Below, piece after piece: positions 45,955 through 52,436 of a stretch of DNA of 52,436 nt. Position 1 is the first letter of the stretch. Each line of letters opens with the position of its first letter. The stretch is taken from positions 1 through 52,436 of the forward strand of contig JBBRKD010000001.1 in the NCBI GenBank assembly GCA_038218255.1, given 5' to 3'. The notes beneath the pieces were generated by a model. It did not search any database. It was not told the origin of the DNA and saw nothing but the letters and a program-made list of their open reading frames with translations. The translations under genes and the position numbers were made by a program. Source of the stretch: Hyphomicrobiales bacterium (GTDB taxonomy: Bacteria; Pseudomonadota; Alphaproteobacteria; Rhizobiales; Hyphomicrobiaceae).

Positions 45955-48900
45955 AGCTCGACGACCGCTATACCAACGATGACGGCCACGCGATCCTGAA
46001 CGGAACGCAAGCGCTTGTCCGCCTGACGCTCGAGCAGGCGCGGCGTGATCGTGCGGCGGAGTTGCACACAGCAGGCTACGTGACCGGTTATCGTGGATCG
46101 CCGCTCGGCGGCGTGGACAGCATGTTTGGCCGGGCGGCTCGCCATACCGACGCAGTCGATATTCGATTGCAGCCGGGCCTAAACGAAGACCTCGCGGCCA
46201 CTGCCGTTCTCGGTACGCAGCAGGTTGGGCTTTACCATAAACCGATGCACGACGGTGTTTTCGCTTTATGGTATGGCAAGGGTCCTGGCGTCGATCGCTC
46301 GGGCGACATTTTCCGGCATGGTAATCTCCACGGCGCTTCAGCGACGGGTGGCGTCGTGCTGTGCGCCGGTGACGATCACATGGCCAAATCCTCGACGACC
46401 GCGCATCAGAGCGAGTTCGCGTTCGTCGACGCGATGATTCCGGTCCTTCACCCCGCGTCTATCGAAGAAATCGTGACCTATGGTCAATTCGGCTGGGCAA
46501 TGTCGCGCTTTTCGGGATGCTGGACGGCATTGAAACTCGTCACCGACCTCGTCGATAGCAGTGAAACCGTCGATCTTGCCGCGCTGCGGCCCGCGATTAT
46601 CGTCCCCGATTTCGAGCAGCCGCCGGGCGGTCGCAATATTCGCTCGCCCGATCCTTGGATCGAACAGGAACGCCGCCTGCATCAGGACAAGTTGCCTGCG
46701 GTGCTGGCGTTTGCGCGCGCGAATCACATCGACCGCGTGGCACTCGTGGCCGCCAAGCCGCGCCTTGGCATTGTCACCACTGGAAAGAGCTATCGCGACA
46801 CGCGTGCGGCGCTCGCCTTGCTCGGATTTTCCGAAACCGAAGCAGCAGCAATTGGCATCACGATCTACAAGGTCGGTATGGTCTGGCCGCTTGAGCCGAG
46901 CGTTTTGACTGAGTTCGTCGACGGGCTCGAAGCGATATTGATCGTCGAAGAAAAGCGACCATTAATAGAGGGGCAAGTACGCGACATCCTGTTTGACCGT
47001 CCCGCGAGCCGCCGTCCCAGACTCAATGGCAAATCGCTCTTGCCCAGCCACGGCGATTTGTCGCCGACCGTGATTGCTCGCGCTATCGCACACCAGCTCA
47101 CAGCGATGGGCATCGCGCGCGACTGGCCAAGTTTCGAGCACGATATGCTCCCCAAGGCACCGGTTACGCGCGTCCCTTATTTCTGCTCGGGGTGTCCGCA
47201 CAATATTTCGACCCAGGTTCCAGCAGGCAGCCATGCTATGGCCGGCATCGGCTGCCACGGCATGGCGCAATTCATGGGGCGCGACACCGACACTTTCGTC
47301 CAGATGGGTGGGGAAGGCGTGAACTGGATCGGGCAGGCCGGGTTCGTCGAGACCAATCACGTCTTCCAGAATCTGGGCGATGGAACCTATTTCCATTCAG
47401 GCGTGCTTGCCGTTCGTGCGGCGATCGCAGCAAAGGTCAACATCACCTATAAAATCCTGTTCAATGACGCCGTCGCAATGACCGGCGGGCAACCGATAGA
47501 CGGCGAATTGTCGCCGCAATCGATCAGCCATCAGATGCGCGCAGAGGGCGTGAAGCGCATCGCAATCGTGACCGACGATCCGGCAAAATACGTCGATCAA
47601 CCTGCATTTGCTGCTGGCGCAACGATCCATGCGCGTACCGATCTCAACCTCGTTCAGCGCGAGCTGCGCGAAATTCCCGGGACCACAGTCATCGTCTATG
47701 ACCAGATGTGCGCGACCGAAAAGCGTCGGCGGCGCAAACGCGGCCTGATGCCGAACGCTGTTGAGCGGGTTTTCATCAACCCGCTGGTCTGCGAAGGTTG
47801 CGGTGACTGTTCGGTCAAATCGAACTGCCTTTCGGTCATCCCGCTCGATACCGAATGGGGCCGCAAACGGCAGATCGACCAGTCGAGTTGCAATCAAGAC
47901 ATGAGCTGCATCGAGGGGTTTTGCCCCAGTTTCGTGACTGTAAAGGGCACATTGCGCAAAGCTGACAAGCGCAGCCTGCCAACGTTGGACGTCGCGCTCC
48001 CCGAACCTGCGCTGCCGTCGCTTGACCATCCGTACAGCGCATTAATCGTCGGCATTGGCGGCACTGGGGTGGTGACGATCGGGGCCATCCTAGCGCAGGC
48101 CGCCTTGATCGACGGTAACGCGTCGGCGACGCTCGATCAGACCGGCCTTGCGCAAAAAGGCGGACAGGTGATCAGTCACCTCAAGATCGCGGCTACCGCC
48201 GACGCGATCGATACCGTGAAAGTGCAGCCGGGCGCCGCAGACGTCGTCATCGCGGCTGACATCGTTGGCGCGACGAGCAGCAACGGGCTTTCGGTGCTAG
48301 GCCGCCAAAGCCAAGTGATCGTAAACACGGAAACAACGGTAACAGGCGCATTCACTGCAAACCGCGACTTCGCCATTCCCGGCGACGAGCTGCTTGCAAT
48401 GCTCTCGGATCGTGCTGTCGCGACGCCCATTGCGGCGACCGCGCTTGCCCGCCGCCTGTTGGGCGACGCCATTGGCGCGAACATGGTCCTAACCGGCTTC
48501 GCCTACCAGTGCGGCCTCATCCCAGTGGCCGTTGCATCGATCGAAGCCGCGATCCGGCTGAATGGTGCGGCGGTGGACATGAACTTAGCGGCATTCCAGA
48601 TCGGGCGGATCGCCGCGCATAACCCAGATATATTGGAAATGGACAAAAAAATCACGCGGAGCGCGGCGAACCTTGATGACATAGTAACAAAGCGTGCAGC
48701 GTTTCTTGGCGACTATCAAAACGCCGAATATGCGGGTCGCTATACGGCGTTCATATCGCAAATTCGGTCCGCTTCGGGTTCACCCGAACTGGTCGAAACC
48801 GTTGCGCAAAATCTGTTCCGCCTCATGGCCTATAAAGACGAGTACGAAGTAGCGCGTCTTCACCGAGACCAGACCGCACGGACTCGCATTCTTGACCAGT

Positions 48901-49283
48901 TCGAACACGGTGCGACGCTGACTTATCATCTCGCGCCACCACTTTTTTCCAAACGTGACCCCGTCACCGGCCATTTGCGTAAACGCCGCTTTGGCGCGTG
49001 GATGAGCACGGCCTTTGCCGTGCTGGCCCCGATGAAGCGACTTCGCGGCACGCCGCTCGACGTGTTCGGTTATTCGGCCGAACGTTGCACCGAACGTCAG
49101 TTGATCACGCAGTATAAGGATGCGGTCATCCGGGCGTTGGAGCGCGATGGCGTGGATCACGCGATAGTAGTTGCGAAATCCGCCAGCGATATACGCGGCT
49201 TCGGCCATGTGAAAGAGGCCAGCATCGCCCGTGCGCGCGCGGTCTGGGACACAACGGCATCAACCGAATTGGTTCCGGCGTGA
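45951..49283 (+). CDS. Indolepyruvate:ferredoxin oxidoreductase family protein (fused alpha/beta, ~1100 aa 2-oxoacid:acceptor oxidoreductase)
   Basis: 1110 aa. The N-terminus is LNGTQALVRLTLEQ...GYVTGYRGSPLGG. The Cys clusters are FCSGCPHN and CEGCGDCSVKSNC...CNQDMSCIEGFCPS. ATG 45951 overlaps the GMC stop (ATGA). Confidence 0.85.
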   Translation: MKLDDRYTNDDGHAILNGTQALVRLTLEQARRDRAAELHTAGYVTGYRGSPLGGVDSMFGRAARHTDAVDIRLQPGLNEDLAATAVLGTQQVGLYHKPMHDGVFALWYGKGPGVDRSGDIFRHGNLHGASATGGVVLCAGDDHMAKSSTTAHQSEFAFVDAMIPVLHPASIEEIVTYGQFGWAMSRFSGCWTALKLVTDLVDSSETVDLAALRPAIIVPDFEQPPGGRNIRSPDPWIEQERRLHQDKLPAVLAFARANHIDRVALVAAKPRLGIVTTGKSYRDTRAALALLGFSETEAAAIGITIYKVGMVWPLEPSVLTEFVDGLEAILIVEEKRPLIEGQVRDILFDRPASRRPRLNGKSLLPSHGDLSPTVIARAIAHQLTAMGIARDWPSFEHDMLPKAPVTRVPYFCSGCPHNISTQVPAGSHAMAGIGCHGMAQFMGRDTDTFVQMGGEGVNWIGQAGFVETNHVFQNLGDGTYFHSGVLAVRAAIAAKVNITYKILFNDAVAMTGGQPIDGELSPQSISHQMRAEGVKRIAIVTDDPAKYVDQPAFAAGATIHARTDLNLVQRELREIPGTTVIVYDQMCATEKRRRRKRGLMPNAVERVFINPLVCEGCGDCSVKSNCLSVIPLDTEWGRKRQIDQSSCNQDMSCIEGFCPSFVTVKGTLRKADKRSLPTLDVALPEPALPSLDHPYSALIVGIGGTGVVTIGAILAQAALIDGNASATLDQTGLAQKGGQVISHLKIAATADAIDTVKVQPGAADVVIAADIVGATSSNGLSVLGRQSQVIVNTETTVTGAFTANRDFAIPGDELLAMLSDRAVATPIAATALARRLLGDAIGANMVLTGFAYQCGLIPVAVASIEAAIRLNGAAVDMNLAAFQIGRIAAHNPDILEMDKKITRSAANLDDIVTKRAAFLGDYQNAEYAGRYTAFISQIRSASGSPELVETVAQNLFRLMAYKDEYEVARLHRDQTARTRILDQFEHGATLTYHLAPPLFSKRDPVTGHLRKRRFGAWMSTAFAVLAPMKRLRGTPLDVFGYSAERCTERQLITQYKDAVIRALERDGVDHAIVVAKSASDIRGFGHVKEASIARARAVWDTTASTELVPA

Positions 49284-49693
49284 CGGTGATTTTTACCCGC
49301 CAAATGCCACTGCGCTTCGCCCACTGTGACCCGGCAGGGATTGCCTATTATCCCCGCTATTTCGAAATATGTGATGCCGTCATCGAGGATTGGACTGCCG
49401 AATGTTTCGGCGTGCCGCGTCAGGCGATGCACGGTGAAATGAAGCTCGGCATGCCGACGGTCGATCTCCACGCGCGGTTCAGCGCGCCAAGCCGGTTGGG
49501 TGATCGCCTCGATCTTCAACTGGTTGTCACGGGCGTCGGCCGGACTTCGGTCGACCTTGCGATCACGGTTGGCTGCAACGCTGAACCACGGTTCAGCGTA
49601 ACCTACCGGCAAGTTCTCATGGCAATGGATACGGCGCGCGCAGTCCCGTGGCCCGAAGATTGGCGAACGAAATTGATGGCAGCACTTGCATGA
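49280..49693 (+). CDS. 4HBT/YbgC-type hotdog-fold acyl-CoA thioesterase
   Basis: 137 aa. RFAHCDPAGIAYYPRYFE contains the catalytic Asp motif. The GTG start overlaps the IOR stop (GTGA). Confidence 0.75.
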   Translation: MTVIFTRQMPLRFAHCDPAGIAYYPRYFEICDAVIEDWTAECFGVPRQAMHGEMKLGMPTVDLHARFSAPSRLGDRLDLQLVVTGVGRTSVDLAITVGCNAEPRFSVTYRQVLMAMDTARAVPWPEDWRTKLMAALA

Positions 49694-51288
49694 TCCGCGA
49701 CACTTTCATCGAGGACCTCTTACCGCCGCCCGATGCGCAGCCTGAATTTCTGTTTGATCTCTCCGAGCTCCACTATCCCGAACGGTTGAACGCGGCAGCC
49801 GAATTGGTCGACTGTCATGTCGCGGCGGGGCGCGGTGATCAACTTGCAATCATCAATGATGTGGGCCGCTGGACCTACGCTGATCTAAAGCGCTTGTCGG
49901 ACGCAATAGCTTACCTCCTTATCCACGACGAAGGGCTGATCCCGGGCAACCGCGTCCTGCTCCGCGGCCCCAATTGTGCCATGCTGTTTGCGGCATGGCT
50001 TGGGGTTTTGAAGGCAGGTGGTATTTCAGTGACGACAATGCCGATTCTGCGCGCGGGCGAAATCGCGACCATCATCGACCGCGCCGAGGTCACCCACGCG
50101 ATCGTCGATGCGCGCTATCTCGCTGATTTTGAGACTGCTGCCGCACCGGTTCGCTCGGTTATGACGTATGATGGCGATGCAGGGACCAGTGCCCTTGAAC
50201 AGCGAATCGCATTTGCCCCGCCCGATTTTGTCGCTGTGCTGACCGCGCGCGATGACGTGGCGCTCATCGCCTTCACGTCGGGTACCACGGGCAAACCAAA
50301 AGGTTGCGTCCATTATCATCGCGACATCCTTGCGGTTGCTGATACATTTGCTCGACACATCCTTAAACCTGAGTCCGGCGATCGATTTTGCAGCTCGGCA
50401 CCAATCGCGTTCACGTTCGGCTTGGGTGCCTTGCTGATTTTCCCATTTCGCTTCGGCGCGACGTCGGTAACCGTCGAGGCTCCGAACCCGGCTGGACTGA
50501 CCGACGCCATCGACCGGTTCGGCGTGACCACGTTGTTTACAGCGCCGACCGCTTACAAAGCGATCCTGGCAGCCAGTCCGCAAAACAAACTGGCATCGCT
50601 CAAGACATGCGTTTCGGCGGGCGAGCATCTTCCCGCTGCGACATGGCAGGCGTGGAGGGACGCGACCGGCATCTGCCTAATCGACGGTATTGGCGCCACC
50701 GAAATGATGCATATTTTTATTTCTGCATCGGGCGACTCCATCCGACCCGGATCGACTGGGCGCGCCGTCCCGGGATTTAAGGCCTGCATCCTCGATGCTG
50801 AAAATCGCCCGACCCACACGGGAACCGGACGTCTGGCAGTCAAAGGACCGACCGGCTGTCGCTATTTCGATGACGCCCGCCAAAGCGATTATGTAATCAA
50901 CGGTTGGAACGTTACGGGCGACACTTTCCGCATCGATGAAGACGGCTATTTCTGGTATGTTGCCCGGTCCGACGACATGATCATTTCGTCGGGCTACAAT
51001 ATCGCTGCGCCCGAAGTCGAGAACGCGCTCTACAGCCACCCGGCAGTTGGCGAATGCGCAGTCGTTGGGGCCCTGTGCGCAGACCGCGGTATGGTGGTGA
51101 AGGCCTTTGTCGTTGTCGCTTCGGGGCACGTTGGATCCGCTGATCTCGCTGTTGATATACAAGACCATGTCAAACGCATGATCGCGCCCTACAAATATCC
51201 GCGCGCTATCGAATTTGTAACGGCGCTCCCTAAAACGGCAACCGGCAAGCTGCAACGTCATGTGCTTCGGGTAAAGCCAAACCGGTGA
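49690..51288 (+). CDS. Aryl-carboxylate-CoA ligase of the benzoate / 2-aminobenzoate / 4-hydroxybenzoate-CoA ligase family
   Basis: Carries IAFTSGTTGKPKGCVHYHRD, IDGIGATEMMHIF, SGYNIAAPEVE and APYKYPRAIEFVTALPKTATGKLQR, which match the BadA-type family as I recall it. ATG 49690 overlaps the thioesterase stop (ATGA). Confidence 0.82.
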   Translation: MIRDTFIEDLLPPPDAQPEFLFDLSELHYPERLNAAAELVDCHVAAGRGDQLAIINDVGRWTYADLKRLSDAIAYLLIHDEGLIPGNRVLLRGPNCAMLFAAWLGVLKAGGISVTTMPILRAGEIATIIDRAEVTHAIVDARYLADFETAAAPVRSVMTYDGDAGTSALEQRIAFAPPDFVAVLTARDDVALIAFTSGTTGKPKGCVHYHRDILAVADTFARHILKPESGDRFCSSAPIAFTFGLGALLIFPFRFGATSVTVEAPNPAGLTDAIDRFGVTTLFTAPTAYKAILAASPQNKLASLKTCVSAGEHLPAATWQAWRDATGICLIDGIGATEMMHIFISASGDSIRPGSTGRAVPGFKACILDAENRPTHTGTGRLAVKGPTGCRYFDDARQSDYVINGWNVTGDTFRIDEDGYFWYVARSDDMIISSGYNIAAPEVENALYSHPAVGECAVVGALCADRGMVVKAFVVVASGHVGSADLAVDIQDHVKRMIAPYKYPRAIEFVTALPKTATGKLQRHVLRVKPNR

Positions 51289-51511
51289 TCGGGAAATGCG
51301 GGGTATATCCAAACAGGAAGGAACATAGCTTGCTGGGGCAAACGATATCTACCGACTTTGATCCATTTACGCAGCAGAGTATGAGGCGACAACCTACCAG
51401 CCTGATACGCTTTTGCCGAACGACTGCGTGTATACGATCAGTACTTCGTTAGAGAGATAAACCAAGGTCCGATTGTTCGACGTGTATAGCGTAACAAGGT
51501 TTGCAGGATTT

Positions 51512-52264
51512 ATGTCAAAACGACCCCGCTTTGACGTTACCGAAACGGTCAAGGAACTCCGCGCGGTCTCTACGATGGGCGCTCTTGCACGCGCGCTTGA
51601 GTCGATCATTCCCAAGCTGGGCTTTCGCTATTTTGCGTTGATACACCACCTTCATCCCAAAGACTGGTCAAGAATGGCTATCTGCCTCCATAATTGTGAG
51701 CCAGATTGGCCGATCGCTTATGCGGGGCGCAAACTCTATCGCGGCGATCCGATCCTGCGTGCTTGCACGCTGACAAATGTCGGCTTCAAATGGGGCGAAA
51801 TATCCTCGGTAATACCCACGACGGAGGCCCATCGCCATTATTTCGACCAGTTCTCTGAAGCTGGAATTGGCGACGGCATGACGATCCCTGCCCACATTCC
51901 AGGCGAGCCGCCTGGATCGTGCAACTTCGCGACAGCGAAGGGGCAGCCGTTTCCCGATCAAAGCTATATCTCAGCGCTTATTGTCGGTGCCTTCGCGTTT
52001 CAGGCTGCCCGCCGAATTGCAGGATTTGTAAAAGTGCGTCCACCCACTGAGATGCCGTTGACTGTGCGGCAACGAGATTGCCTTTTGTGGGCCATGCGCG
52101 GTAAAACCAATTGGGAGATTGGACAAATACTCGGGCTGAGCCGTGACACCGTTAGCCAGCACCTAGACATGGCACGCATTCGCTATGGAGTGACGAAGCG
52201 TTTGCAACTGGCCGTGCGGGCAATTTATATGGGCGAGATTTCGCTCGACGACGCGCTGTATTGA
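51512..52264 (+). CDS. LuxR-family quorum-sensing-type regulator (autoinducer-binding domain + GerE HTH), solo
   Basis: 250 aa from ATG 51512. The ligand domain has W-x3-Y...DP...W...G at the exact TraR spacing: DWPIAY, GDPIL, FKWGEI and GIGDG. The C-terminus reads LTVRQRDCLLWAMRGKTNWEIGQILGLSRDTVSQHLDMARIRYGV. Confidence 0.85.
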   Translation: MSKRPRFDVTETVKELRAVSTMGALARALESIIPKLGFRYFALIHHLHPKDWSRMAICLHNCEPDWPIAYAGRKLYRGDPILRACTLTNVGFKWGEISSVIPTTEAHRHYFDQFSEAGIGDGMTIPAHIPGEPPGSCNFATAKGQPFPDQSYISALIVGAFAFQAARRIAGFVKVRPPTEMPLTVRQRDCLLWAMRGKTNWEIGQILGLSRDTVSQHLDMARIRYGVTKRLQLAVRAIYMGEISLDDALY

Positions 52265-52268
52265 TCCC

Positions 52269-52436
52269 TGAAGCGTCCCGGGTTTTCCGGAGGCTCCTAT
52301 CTGTGAGAAGGAGCTACGATGACGACAAGGAACAAGTTTTCGCCTGAGGTCCGTGAACGGGCAGTCAGAATGGTTGGTGAGCACCGGGCCGATTACGGCT
52401 CGGAGTGGGCAGCAATGACCTCGATTGCGGCGAAGA
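52269..52436 (+). mobile_element. Left end of an IS3-family insertion sequence (boundary approximate)
   Basis: OrfA starts at 52319. IS3 elements usually begin with TG about 40-100 nt upstream of orfA, and TGAAGCGTCCCGGGTTTTCCGG at 52269 is a candidate left inverted repeat. The right end is outside the window, so the repeat cannot be confirmed. Confidence 0.45.
52319..52436 (+). CDS. IS3-family transposase OrfA (5' fragment, runs off the right edge)
   Basis: ATG 5 nt after AAGGAG. The translation [39 protein letters not shown] is the typical IS3/IS911-type OrfA HTH N-terminus. Confidence 0.8.
   Translation, partial: MTTRNKFSPEVRERAVRMVGEHRADYGSEWAAMTSIAAK

Noticed and set aside
51289-51511. 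Search for a lux-box-like 20-bp palindrome upstream of the LuxR solo
   Set aside because: The best candidate, around GTATACGATCAGTAC (~51430-51444), matches its own reverse complement at only about 9 of 15 positions. It does not resemble the ACCTG...CAGGT consensus.

Overview
This 52.4-kb window is high-GC, densely coding and very likely chromosomal. Its gene content looks alphaproteobacterial and sphingomonad-like: two TonB-dependent receptors with DIVVTA TonB boxes, many catabolic paralogues, and Rieske oxygenase genes with no cognate electron carriers. I could support no rRNA, tRNA, CRISPR array, phage genes or recognisable defence system. The window is an aromatic/alicyclic catabolic island built from about 12 small operons, many of them translationally coupled by ATGA/GTGA overlaps.

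In order, the modules are:
1. A MarR gene divergent from a vanillin-type aldehyde dehydrogenase and a hydroxycinnamoyl-CoA hydratase/lyase (ech).
2. A minus-strand operon for a fused aryl-CoA monooxygenase/OYE reductase (2-aminobenzoyl-CoA monooxygenase-reductase / salicylyl-CoA 5-hydroxylase type). It also carries an SDR, an embedded MarR, a crotonase, an acyl-CoA dehydrogenase, RidA and glutaryl-CoA dehydrogenase.
3. A secreted tandem SnoaL-type protein and a TonB-dependent receptor.
4. An SDR with a large amidohydrolase, divergent from NmrA-Ohr-SnoaL.
5. An amidohydrolase_2 plus DUF59 pair, divergent from Rieske alpha/beta, thiolase, acyl-CoA ligase, esterase and LysR. This resembles the ipf type of arylalkanoyl-CoA dioxygenation.
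6. A monothiol DsbA-like protein, then MarR divergent from hppD and a coupled VOC protein.
7. FAH, SnoaL_4 and a stand-alone AsnC-type ligand domain, divergent from LysR.
8. A seven-gene minus-strand operon built around a NicX-type (2,5-dihydroxypyridine dioxygenase family) ring-cleavage enzyme, in a non-canonical context.
9. A YdhR-like protein, an NmrA-like protein and a second TonB-dependent receptor.
10. A Tat-signal subunit, a GMC flavoprotein, a fused 1110-aa indolepyruvate:ferredoxin oxidoreductase, a 4HBT thioesterase and a benzoate/2-aminobenzoate-type CoA ligase.
11. A LuxR solo with a canonical AHL pocket, directly abutted by the start of an IS3-family element at the right edge.

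The best candidates for undescribed biology are the NicX-centred operon, the ipf-like Rieske/thiolase/ligase cluster and the GMC-IOR-thioesterase-ligase operon. All functional calls come from reading the translated ORFs and recalling family motifs. No database search was run.
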